A model generated the notes under the pieces. It had not been told where the DNA came from and ran no database searches. It saw only the letters and a list, made by a program, of their open reading frames with translations. The translations under genes were made by a program, and so were the position numbers. Source: Octopus vulgaris (taxonomy: Eukaryota). From it: a DNA stretch of 64,000 nt. This document shows positions 28,531-42,985 of this stretch, one piece after another (within the stretch, counting starts at the first letter, position 1; each line of letters opens with the position of its first letter). The stretch covers positions 22,320,001-22,384,000 of the forward strand of contig OX597829.1 in assembly GCA_951406725.2 (NCBI GenBank), written 5' to 3'.

Positions 28531-29039
28531 TAACAATTGTTATATTTAATTACTTGTTTGTCTTTTTTATATACCTCTATTTTTTTATTTATTTTTTTTT
28601 TTTAGAATTTTTTCCTCCTTAGAAAAAAAAAAAAAAAAAAGTCTGAGCATCGCTGTCTGCCTGTTTGGTTCCTGTAGACAGACCAGAGCAGCAACGGAAA
28701 AAAAAAAAAAATAATAATAATAAAACAAAAGTGTCGGGAGACTGTTTAAGCTGCCATTTTTTCCGTTTTAAAGGAAGCAGCATTTTGGTAATGAGAGACA
28801 AAAAACAAACAAACAAACATGACATGATTCTCTCTTCGTTGTCCTTCTTTTTCATACTCTTCTTTATACTCTTTCTTCTTCTTTTTTTTTTTTTTTTTTC
28901 ATTTTCTACCACCTCTACCCCCAAACTTTATTTTCAACAATAACAAAATATTTGCAGCCAATCGGCATCAACTTTGGTAGCAAACTTTATAAAGTTTTTA
29001 ATACATGTTAGAGCGTGTCTGTGTGAGCATATACTTGTG

Positions 29040-29740
<701 letters not shown>

Positions 29741-29955
29741 GAGACACATGCACTTGTCAATTTATTGCTGTATTTGCATAAAGTGAAATTAGCAAAATAT
29801 TCAATAAAATACATATGTGTTTAGAATGTATCTATTTTTCTTCATATAAATATTCATCTAACTATAGAAATAAGATGTATGTGTATGTATGTTGTGTGTG
29901 AGTGTATTAACTTATACATGTTTGTTTGTTGCATTTTGTCTGTGTTACTCTGTGT

Positions 29956-29987
<32 letters not shown>

Positions 29988-30252
29988 ACAAATATGCATA
30001 CATGCATATTTATATAAATCATGTATCTATGCATATATGTATGCACATACAGCTTTTTCTATATACATATATTTGGTATCCAGTTGAAAAGTAGATATGT
30101 ATGTATGTTATTATAAAGTGTATAAACTAGAAGAGGTGGAAGTATATCTTAGGAACAGTTTTTGATTATATAAACACAAATATTTAAAAATGTTTCAATG
30201 TTCCTTTATATTGATCAGATTATTATTATTAATATTAATATTATTATTATTA

Positions 30253-30283
<31 letters not shown>

Positions 30284-30340
30284 CATCATCATTATTATTA
30301 TTATTACTTATGTGGCATATTCTTTTGTCAACCGTTATGT

Positions 30341-30789
30341 TTACATAATTATCTCCCTTTCAGCCGCAGCTGCTGCGGCTAATGTTCGTGATATTTCGAT
30401 ATTTATGTCTTTTTTCTTTGTCATTTTTCTTAATGGGGTTTTCTGTTTCAGCTTTTCGTATGAATCTGCCCTCGTAGGTAAAAGTCTTTTAGGTGCTGAA
30501 ACTTTTTCATATTTTTCAATACCAATCTCGTTAAACTCTGTTGTTAGGAAATTCGACGTTCCTCCTCCTCCCCTTCCTTTGTCGATGTCAAACAAAGATT
30601 TCCTTTGGAAGTGAGTTAAGGCTTCTTCATTGTCATTGTTTGTTTTTTGATGAATTGCACGTTCCATTCTTCTTGCTCTTTTGCTGTTCCAGCGTCGTCG
30701 ATACCAAAATATCAGAAGTATAATACTAATCAAACCCAGAAGACCGACAACTGCGCAAAGAATTGGAATCACAGGTGTATAGCTGTTAC
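30341..30789 (-). CDS. JAG1: Jagged terminal coding exon: transmembrane helix and intracellular domain to stop
   Basis: ttttag|GT AAC AGC; [24 protein letters not shown] followed by an RRR stop-transfer, KTNNDNEE motif, Lys-rich tail, EREIIM-TAA. Confidence 0.93.
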
Positions 30790-33700
30790 CTAAAAAATAC
30801 AATTGAAACATAAAAATATCTTTGCCAATATGTATTTTTCAAAAAAAATTTTAATATTGTACATTGAAGAAGATGATGAAGAAGAATTGGGAAATTTGAT
30901 GTGATTTTTTGCAAAACCAGTCAAAAAAGGCGATCGTTTCCAATTTAGTCACAAGGCCAGGAATTTTTGGTGGGAGGGAGCTAGTTGATATCAATGACTC
31001 GTGTAGCTGATTTGTACTTCATTTTTTTGCCCACCCTTTCTTTTGTAATCAGATAGAAAATAAAAAAAAAAGGAAAAAGGAAAAAAAGGACATTGGTGGG
31101 ACATGAACTCGCAATGTAAAGAACTGGAAGTTATTAAATTGCAAAGGATTTTGCCTGAAACAAGAATGAATTTTGCTAACTTGTCTTAAATGGAGCTATG
31201 AATAATCCTTTCTACTTACTATAGGCACAAGAGCAAAAAAAAAAAACTTTTTTTTTTGGAGGGCAGCTATCCATTAAATCAATCCCTTATCCACACCTAC
31301 ACCCCCAGTGTTTGAGTAGTATTTATTTCATCAACCCCAAAAGTATGAAAGGCCAAGTCAACCTCAGTGGAATTTGAACTCAGAACATAAAGATGGATGC
31401 AATGCCACTAAGCATTTTGTCTGGCATGGTTATGATTTTTGCAAGCTTGCATTTATGTACCGATAAATAATAGCCAGAAATTGAACCTGTTACCCTATGA
31501 TCTTAAGCTCAATGTAATTTCGTAAGCCGTGATTCTTCACATTATCAAAACTAGTCTATATATATGTGGATACATTTCCAGGGAAATAGAATTTGGTGCC
31601 ATGTAAAAAGCACCTGTGCCGATACATGTAAAAAATATCTGTGGTGATGCTAAATAAAATGCACCCCTTGCTGGCACCATGTGAAAAGCACCCCATTGCC
31701 AGTGCCAGTTAAGAAGCACTGATGCCACATTAAAAGCACCCAGTTCACTTTGGAAAATGGTTGAAGTTAGGAAAGGTATCAAGCTGTAGAAACCATGTCA
31801 AAACAAGCAAGTGGAGCCTGGTGCCAGCTCCTTTCTCCAGCTGGCTAGCCCCTATCAAACTGTCCAGCTCATGCCAGCATGGAAACAGACGTTTAAATGA
31901 TGATGGTGATTACCTTAAAAGTTCATTTAAAAAGCAGAACCTAATTATTACTGCTAACTTTCTCTTTCCTTTAGCTATTTGATACACTTTATTTACAACA
32001 CTACAATTATAAGGTTTAACCCTTTTGATACCAACCCTAGTTTTATAATACATACTTCATGTTTTAGAGTGATCTAAAACAGTGCTACTCAAAGTGTTTG
32101 TCCGCGGACCGGTGCCAGTCCATGAGCCATCAGCTGCCGGTACATGGCGAGTTTCCAGAATAGAAACATTATAATAAAATGCTTATGTAATATTGTATTA
32201 TTTGTTTACAAAATGAATCTAAGATAAAAACAATTGTCAACTTTTATTATATTCATTATATATATTGTTTCCAGTATAAATTAATATTACTAAGAAATAT
32301 TACCGGTCCCTGGCACACCGGGGGGAAAAAAACTGTTGGTACGCCACATCAGATGGTTTAAGAAGCATTAATCTAAAACCAGAAAGGAGTTATGGATAGT
32401 GTTTGATCAAGGTACATAACTCACCCCATCTAATTTACCAAGTTCCATTACTCCTACATTACATTAGCTCTTAAGCATTCAGATTACTCTGTCAAATTAG
32501 ATGCTTATTTATTACCCTGCGCGCGGAAGCGAAAGCAGGGTATTGTAGGCGTTCGTCTTTGTGTGTTTCCAAAATTACTGGAAAACGGCTGAACGGATTT
32601 TCACCAAATTTGGCAGAAATACTCATTGGGTGAGTGGCTCGAACTCATTATTATGGTTTGATTATCTTCAAAACAGGCGGATGGGTGAATCAAGATGTCA
32701 TTTTTCTTTGTTACATAGGCATAAACAATAAACAGGGGGAAATAACTGTTGATGCAATTTTGTTGAAATATGAATTCGTCTGAGAATATATTTATTAAAT
32801 TAAATTTTATCCTTATGAATGCGCATTGTTTTGAATTAATCATGCTTTATTTGTTTTTACATTGAGATTTTGATGATGTGCTTGCATCATTTTTAGTATG
32901 ACATCGCAGGGTAGGCGTGAGAGGCTGAAAAATGGCCAGATATGGCTGGTTTAAATGCCTAAGTATTAGATAGGAGAGTATTGTAGTTGGCTTGAAGCAT
33001 TGTGTATTGTTTGTAAAGAATAAAAAGTTTTGAATGGTACAACAATGCACTATAATACAGATAATTCTTATTTAAGAATATCTGAAGAAGGAATGTAATT
33101 CTGAAACATCATATCAGATCATGGATAACTAAATTACAACAGGTAAATAGCCCATTGTCTATATTATAGTACATTGTTGTACCATTCAAAACTTTTTATT
33201 CTTTAAGTATTAGAATAGCAGGCATCAATAAACTCAAAATATCCACTCACATAAGAATTTATAACATAAGAACAAACAAAGGTGAAAATTCCTTTGAAAT
33301 TACCTGAAGGTTTTTTGGGGATGATATTAGTTTGTACCTGGACATCGATGACAGCTTTTAAGGCACTGCTATTGACAAGTTTTTGACTGACAGCATTAGC
33401 CGTTTCTTCAACAAGATCTTTTAAGGTAGAAATCAGGATTCCTGAATTATCATTGTGCTTCATATCCAGTGACTGAAACGTTAAAGAAAAGAGAATGCAA
33501 TTAATATTATGCAGACAATAATATATTTCACAGTGTGCACTCTCTACTGCTCAGATATTTTGATATATGGAGTGGGCCCAAAGTCATGAGCTAAGTAAGT
33601 TCAATATGATTTGGAATTATGAAAGACAAGGTTCAATTTTTCTAAAAATTGAATAAAATTATGATGAATACACATGTAATGTGTATTCAAGTACATGATG

Positions 33701-34966
33701 AACAAAATGAATGATAATAAATGTAATAAGGAATGTCACATGTTTTGGTACATGACTTTTGGCACACACACAGATATAAACACGCCTGCAAACAATTGTA
33801 ATTACCAAGCATACGATTGCCAGAGCTGTTAGAATGCAGCACAAAGTGCAATGTTGTGTTCATTCCAGTTCCTTATATTTTGAGTTCACCTGCATCAACA
33901 ATGCTAGCGCTAAACTGTTTCATTTCCACTTGGGCAAATTCAGTTCACAACAGCTAGTTTTCCATTACAAAAATGAATAAATGAATAAATAAAATAAAAC
34001 AAAAAGATCTTGCCCAGGCCAGCAAATCCTTCTGAGTGGAATTGGTAGATGAAAACAGTAAGAAGCTCATTGTATGTGTGTCACTGTTGCTTGACAACCA
34101 ATGTTGATGCGTTCACATACCCATAACTAAGTGATTCAGTAAAAGAGACTAATAGAATAAGTACCAGGAAGTTAAGTCGTTTGACTAAAAATTCTTCAAG
34201 GCAGTGCCCCAGCATGGGCACAGTCTACTAACCGAAACAAATAAAAGATAGGAACAAAAGTTAACTTACCAGTGTGATTTCAATGGAGTCAGCTCTTCGA
34301 AGTTGGATAGCACATAGAATAATAATCGTTTCTTTCTTGGCATAAGCTTGCACTTTGGGGAAGGCTCGAAGAGAATTGCAGATATTGCCAACAGATACAC
34401 CCTGTAAAATAAAAGAATCAATTGTAATAGTCAGGTCTACAGACAGACAATTACTAAACTCAGATTCAACATGAGAATTTTAAAATTTCTTTGTAAAGTT
34501 TCATATTTTCCTTTGGTGCCTCTTATTACTTAGTTTTCAGGAATTTGGTCACCATGATTTTCAAAGAACTTTTCAGCTATTGCAAAAGTCTGTTGAAAAC
34601 TGATGTGTTTAAATTCCTGAAAACCAGCTTGAAACCATGTTGTAAATGCCATAACAACGATGATGGAGTCTCCAGTCAAAGATGATGTATAAGTGTTCAT
34701 ATTTTGCCTGACGACTGGCACAAATGATTTGTTTTATAGCAATCAAATGTATGTGCTGTATATTAATTAACTCACTCTCTCCATTAAATAAACATTGCCC
34801 ACTCAAATGCATGGCGGACCACATGTCAGGTGTTAAAAATGATTGCAAAGCAACAACATGAGACAAAGTGTTTTGTCCAAGAACACAACATATCACCTGG
34901 TCTAGGAATTGATACCATAATCTCACAATTGTGAATGCAACAACCTAACCATTAGGCCACACACCC

Positions 34967-35018
<52 letters not shown>

Positions 35019-36406
35019 CCTTTCTACTAAAGGCACAAGCCCTGAAATTTTAGAGAAGGAGACTAGTCAATTATATCAACCCCATAATAATTTGTAACAT
35101 GCAACAGAAAGAGTATTAGGTTAAAATAGCAATAGGTGTATCATACCTAAAGCAGATATATTAGTGAAATCTTAATTTACTGCAGTGTTCATCCTGAGAT
35201 AGCATCTGTTATGATATCAGAAATATCAGCAACAGATGAAAATCTAACAGAAGTGGCAGCAGTGTCATTGAGTAATATGAATTTTTACCCAGAGAAGAAT
35301 TTAATTCCAACTTACTTTTGGCATCCGAGATTTGTCAAAGAGAAGGTTGATTTTTGCACAGTTATTACTGATTTTTGCTTCATTTGGTATACAGTTGGTT
35401 TGTATATCTCTGGGAGCAGAATCTTCAATCTTTGATATATGTTTACAGTGACCCCAAGGCAAGCAGGGTGGTGTAAAGCATGTCTGTGTTGTTTTTACAA
35501 CACACGTTTCATCATGTGCACATATATCGACTGGCTCAGAAACATTTGGATGGCTCAAGCAGTTTTTGGGTCCGCACCAAACCTTCAAATATAGAAATAT
35601 TCCAATGATAATATTCATAAACAAACCAAAACAAAACAAAAGAAAAAAGAAAAAGAAAAAAATATTATGGACCGGATGATTCCAGAAATATTTTAATGAT
35701 AATAATAATTAATGCCACAATACTAGTTAAATTACAATTAATATGGCATGAATTATATCATCATCACTGTTTTAATGTTCCCTCTCTTCCATGCCTGCAA
35801 GGGTTGGATGAAATTTGTTGAGATTTTCCACAACTGGGTGCTCTTCCTGTCACCAACTTTCACTTGTTTCCTATTGCTGGACATGACCTTGCAGAAGACT
35901 GAAATGAATGACACTGCTCACACAATGGTAATGCTTGCAATTTATTTTGCTATGTCCTCACAAGGAAATGATAACAGACACAGATATATATATATATATA
36001 TATTGAGCTGTGTGTTGTGTTCTTGAGCAAGACACTTTATTTCATGTTCTTCCAGTTCACTCAGCTGTAGAAATGAGTTGTGATGTCACTGGTACCAAGC
36101 TGTATTGGCCTTTGCCTTTCTCTTGGATAACACTGGTGGCATGGAGAGGGGAGGACGGTATGCATGGACAACTTCTGATCTTCCATAAACAAACTTTGTG
36201 CTGCAGAGGGGAACTTTCTAGGTGCAATCCCATGGTCATTCATGATTGAAGGGGAACTTTTATATATATACATTATCATCATTTAACATCTGTTGACCAT
36301 GCATGGGTTGGATGGTTTGACTGGGCTGGCATGCTGGAAAGCTGTACCAGGCTCTAGTCTGATTTGGCATGGATTTTAAAAAATTGTCAATTTTTATTAT
36401 ATTCAT

Positions 36407-36447
<41 letters not shown>

Positions 36448-38422
36448 CATTGTGTACAGTGCTCAGGTGCACTACAACTCATCTAAAGTGTATGTATAAT
36501 CAGGTGTAGTTTCGGCGGATTTCGGAAAGCATGAGGGCCTTAAAGGATGCAGTGTCATGGCAGTCAACAACTGACGCAGGCAGTTTGTTCCATGCTTCAG
36601 CAACTCTGAGCGTGAAAAAATGTTTCCGAAAGTCATGGGAGCTGTGTTGTTTTCTGACTTTGTAGGCATGTCCACGTGTGTTAGACACATGAAGATCAAA
36701 AAGGTGTTCAGTGTTGTTGTTATATATATTGTTTCCAGTATAAATTAATATATTACTAAGAAAGATTACCAGTTGCTGGCACATTGGAAAAAAAACCTGC
36801 CAGTATGCCACATTAGATAGTTTGAGAAGCACTGGTTTAGAGTACTCTATGAGCAAGGGAAAAAGATAGGAGGTTCATGGCTGGAATGTCTTTTACCAAA
36901 GATCAGGATTGACTTGTGGTGCTAAACAACAACAACAGCAGCAGTAGAACTAATATGTAACAACAACTTGCTGGGTTTACAGGATAAATTCCTTACCTTT
37001 GTACAATGAACGCGACCGTCGTTGCAATGACAAGAATTGCACTCATGTTTCCATGAGCTTTTGTCAGAGTAGGCATGTTGTTTGAAAATACAGGAATTAG
37101 GAGAAGGCAAATGTCCAATAACTGAAAATATAACAGAAAAGAAAAAAATGAAAGAGTTACCAAATGTTTTATTGGAATTAAGACAGGCTCTTGTAACCAA
37201 AAAGATATGTTAATCCTTTGACCCATCAGAACCTGTTTATATAGGTATATGTTTTAGCCTTTAGCATTTACATTATTCTGTCAGATGTAATGCTTATTTG
37301 TTCATATTGTTTTGAATTAATCATACATTATCTCATAGCTTTGAGATTTCAATGATGTGGTCGTTTAGTTTCAAAAGAACATTACGGGGTTGGTGAGAGG
37401 CTGAATCTGGTCAGTAGGAACACGAAACAGGTAGAATATTTTTGGCCAGATATGGTCAGTTTAAATGCTAAAGGATTGATTTAAATACAACAGAAATTTA
37501 ATTTTGATTAATTAACAAGTTTACATAGATACATGACTAACCATTTTCACATTGATTTCCAGTTCTTCCGGGAGGACAAATACATTTATAGCTACCAATC
37601 TCATCAATGCAAGTACTGCCAAAAGCACATGGATTCGAAGTACATTCTTGTATATCTGCAATTTCAAAAATATGAGTTATTATGTTACTCTAAAATGTTT
37701 TTTATATATAGCACCGTTTTTACATTCCTGTAAATATATATATATATACACACACACACAGATACACATGCATATATATTTTTTATATAGCTTTCATAAT
37801 GTATATAAGAATAGTGTAGTGTGTATGGTGGTGGTGGTTTGTGTGTGTGTCAGTGTGCACTCATGCAAATGTGAGTGAATAGGATATGTAGTCATGGTCG
37901 ACTTGGCTGACAGAAGTACTGTGGTAAAGAGTATTCACCAGCAGCAGCATATAGGTGGTGGTGGTGGTGGCGAAGGGGAGGGGCAGATCAAGCCAGAAGT
38001 CAGAACTGGGAACAATATGATCAAGAGGAGACAACTAACAGTACAAATGACGTAAACTAGGTTAGTGTCAAGGACAAACAGGTGGAATAAGTAAGACGCT
38101 CTTACTTCATCTGACAACAGATTTCCCACAGATAGATATACAGGTACACACACACACCACACACGAATTTCCTTCAACTCTCTTCAAGTGCATAAAAGCC
38201 GAAATTGATGTGTAACAAACAGAGATTAGTTAGCGATGCAAAGAGGACCTCACACCCATGCACATTTACGTGTGCATGTATGTGTATTATATATCACAAT
38301 TCTGCTTAGCACTATAGAAATGCCAAGAACCAACTGTGAGAACTCATTATACTTATGCTTAATGATTAATTATGTAACTTTCGTTCTTTTGTCATTATTG
38401 ATATATAAACATATATATATAA

Positions 38423-38457
<35 letters not shown>

Positions 38458-40493
38458 GTAACGAAAGGGGAGGAGAAGAATTTCAATTATCCTCCACATG
38501 GTGAGTTGTAATACAAAAAAATATATATAAAATAGAAGGAAAATGCACACAGTTCACATAGTTTTAATATATTTTATAAGTGAAAGTGTATTGTGTTTGT
38601 CAACAGGTTTTGCTTTCGCTCGTCAGTATATTGTCAATGTATCATATACCCAAAAAGCAGCACACTCTAAAACATAAAGTAGTAATGTATTTATGTAGTT
38701 AAGTCTATGTCTGGTCACTATATGACTGGACATAGATTTAACTGCATATATATATATATATATATAATCATCTTATAATCATCTCATAATAATGACTTTT
38801 ATTACTACCTCAGTCCATCTAAATGTATATATCTGTCATTACCTTTCATAAAAAGCCTTTTTTATTTGCAATGTGTATTTTCGTTGATTTTTTCATATTT
38901 TAATAGAATTTAATAGAATAACTGTTATTATCAGGCTGGTGTTTAGAACATTAATTAACATGAAATTTTGATGCTAGATTTTAATTTAGATCACTTTAAT
39001 TACCTTATTGTTACCAAATTTCTTATTTCTTTACTGCCCACAAGGGGCTACACACAGAGGGGACAAACAAGGACAGACAAACGGATTAAGTCGATTATGT
39101 CAATCCCAGTGCGTAACTGGTACTTATTTAATTGACCCCAAAAGGATGAAGGGCAAAGTCGACCTCGGCGGAATTTGGACTCAAAACGTAGTAGCAGACG
39201 AAATACTGCTAAGCATTTCACCCAGCGTGCTAACGTTTCTGCCAGCTCAACGCCTTGTATTTGTTACCAAATTTCTATTGAAATACGCTATCTTTGTCTC
39301 AATTAATTTCGAAAATGGTGAAGAATTTTATAAAATAACTTTGTCAGTCATTATTGAGCTGGTGTTAGTTTGGAATATAAAATTAACATGAAATTTTGAT
39401 AGAAGGATTTGATTTAGATCACTTTAACCTTTTTGTTACCATATTTCAGTTGACATAACCTGCCTCTCTCTCTCTCACAACTGAATTTGAAAATAATGTA
39501 GAGTACAGTAAGATAAACTTTGTTATTATTAGGCTGGTGTTTAGAACATAAATCATCATGAAATTTTAATTTAGATTACTTAAAACAAATTCTGTATTGT
39601 AAAACCAAGGGCACTCTCTGGCAAGCTAGAACCAAAAGGGTTTTAACACCTAAACATAAACACAAATATATATATTTCTTTACTACCCACAAGGGGTTAA
39701 ACACAGAGGGGACAAACAAGGACAGACAAACGGATTAAGTCGATTACATCGACCCCAGTGCGTAACTGGTACTTAATTTATCGACCCCGAAAGGATGAAA
39801 GGCAAAGTTGACCTCAGCAGAACTTGAACTAGGAACGTAACGACAGACGAAATATGGCAATGCATTTCGCCCGGTGTGCTAATGTTTCTGCCAGCTCACC
39901 GCCTTATAAACACAAATATATAGACAGACATACTCACAGGTATACATTGATTAAGTGATATGAATCATTAACCAATACAGAACCTATGCAAGATGAAATA
40001 ACAGCTGGTAGAATGAAACGCTTACTTATTCTGCAGTCTGGTCCAGCAAAGCCTTTGCTACAGTCACACAAGTACCAATTTACACCATCAATACACTGAG
40101 CACCATTGTAACTGAAATGGAAAAACAACAACAACAATAATAATAATAATAATAATTATCCTTTCTACTAAAGGCACAAGGCCTGAAATTTGCAGCGAGG
40201 GGACTAGTTGATTACACTGATCCCAGTACTTAATTTATCAAGGATGAAAGGCAAAAGGTGACCTTGGCAGAATTTGACCGCAGAATATAAAATGGATGAA
40301 ATGCCGTTAAGCATTTTACCAGGCATGCCAATGATTCTGCCAGTTCACCACCTTAGCAGTGGTAATAATTTGGTAGAAAGTCAGTAATTTTAGTTTAGAA
40401 GATAAGTCAATTATATCAACCCCAGTGATCAACTGGTACTTATTTCTATGATCCTGAAAGGATGAAAGGCAAAGTCAACCTCAGTGGAATTTG

Positions 40494-40524
<31 letters not shown>

Positions 40525-41128
40525 TTAATAATAATAATAATAATGATTCAGTACCAGACAGTGGCTCTCATGGCATGCCCTGATGCAGTACCAAGCAGTG
40601 GTTCTCGTGGCTTCTGATCTTAACTGATTGGAAGTGTTATCATGTACATTGTTTTGTCTTGGTATAAAAGATGGGCCACAGCAAATATTCTGCTCAATAC
40701 CACAGATTTGCTTGTCAGTTGTTTGACCTTAACCAGTTAAGAATGTCCCTTAGTGGCTGACAATATGTGCATCTCTGATCACGAGCAGAAGTAGTGGGGA
40801 GCATCATAGCCATGTGATGAGAGGGATTCTTTGGGGTTTGAATAATTCACCTCTGGAAACATGGGTGTTTAGTTCAACATCCTTAAACAACTCTTATTCA
40901 GGGACCTTTGAGCGGGATGGGTTACTCGACCAGAAGAAAATTCTAACTGGGCCCCACCTGCAAGGTCATGCACTGTTTATCTTGATATGAGATCACCCTG
41001 TCGTGCACATATTGTTGTGATGCATGTGCCTAGTGTACCCTTATCGGATGGGTAGACATGATGGGTATTCTGGGCTTTGTATATTTTACCCCAGTGTCAC
41101 TTTGATGTCATGAACTGCTCTCTCACTC

Positions 41129-41180
<52 letters not shown>

Positions 41181-42242
41181 GGGCATAGTTACCAAGGAAA
41201 CGGGTAGCAATCATTAATGTTCTGCTCACAGACATTGCCTTCAAATCCCTCCTTACAAAAACAAGTGAAGCTGTCGCCAGAATTGACACAGGTTCCTCCA
41301 TTCTGACAAGGGTTTGAATCACAGCTGTGCCAAGAAGCTTTGAAAGAAAATTTTAAATAATTTTTTAACAAAAACAAAAAATTAAAATTCAATATTGTTT
41401 AAACATTTTGTGTCTATATTTTTAACAAATATGCATGGCTCATTTATTTCAAAAGATTTTCTTAAATAGTCAAGAATTTGGAAGGGATTTAGTAACTTAA
41501 GAAAGAGTTTCCAAAAAGTTTTCCTTATTGTTGTAGTAACTAGTATCTCATTAGTATTAATTGCAACCCTACATTGTTGTTGTTTGTTCCTTCTTGAGCC
41601 ATACCTGGCTCATAAGGGCCAGTTTCCCAGTTTCATTGGTATATAGGTTCCCCACCTGGATGGGACACTGGTCTATCACAGGTGAGCTTCTAAATGCAAG
41701 AGGAAAAAATGAGAGAAAGTTGTGGCGGAAAAGTCAGCAGAAGTTTGCCATTACTTTCTGCAAGAGCCACATGGAACTTAAGTGTTTCGCTCATAAACAC
41801 ACACATCACCCAGTCTGAGATTCGAACCCATGATCCCTTGACCATGAGTCCACTGCTCTAACCACTAGGCCATGTGCCTCCACACACCCTATATGGGAGT
41901 AATTAACTCTACTGTTACCATATTTCTGTTGAAATACACTGTCTTTGTTTCAATCAATGATGAACACACTGTATATTCACAACAGTGAAGGGTTTTGTAA
42001 CAGGAAGGGCTTCTGGCTGTGATGCCCCAACAAATGCTAGTATGGTAAAATGGACACAAAAAAGAAAACAGAATAAATTTTTATATCAATTAATACCTAA
42101 TCTGTAAATAATGCATAAGATTAATGTTTTGTATTTTAACATTAATCTTTCCTTATGTAATTTATCATTTTCAACATCATAGTGACTAGAAACAAGGAAA
42201 ATATTACAAATTAGTTAAAAATACATATACGTACATACATAC

Positions 42243-42281
<39 letters not shown>

Positions 42282-42945
42282 TAGATAGATAGATAGATAG
42301 ATTCTTATCAATATTTAGCAAAAGCAACAGAATGACTCAAGATCCGAGTGTTTCATGCATTAGCATTTATCAAATGCACGAAACTCACAAACCTTGAATT
42401 ACTCTCTTGCTTCTGCTAAAAATATTAATATATTCATATTTTGAGTTCTATTTTTCCTGTTTTCATCACCATATCTCTCTCATATATGTTAATAATAACA
42501 ATAATCCTTGGGTGGAATTTATAAACATTTAATGCATCGCTACATATGCTTCCACAAATTCCACCTGAAGAAATGAACCAATGGCAATGATCAACTGAAG
42601 AAATGAACTAATGGCAATGATACACTGTAATTATTGCAGGATTACAGACTACGATCTTAAGAGACATGTAATTTGTGAAAACACATGTAGCGATATAAAT
42701 AAATGTTTATAAATTTCGTCCAAGGATTATTTTTATATTATTATTTACATGTATCCCACATTATAACTTGATACAACTTGATGCAACCTTGAAAAACTAG
42801 TTCACCAGTCAGCATCATTTGACCGTGGCTGGCATAATGGAATGGGAGCTTTATATGCATGTGCAAAATGTTTCCCATAAACAAATTAAAAAAATGTATG
42901 TATGTGTATATTTATATATATATATATATATATGCACACACACAC

Positions 42946-42985
<40 letters not shown>

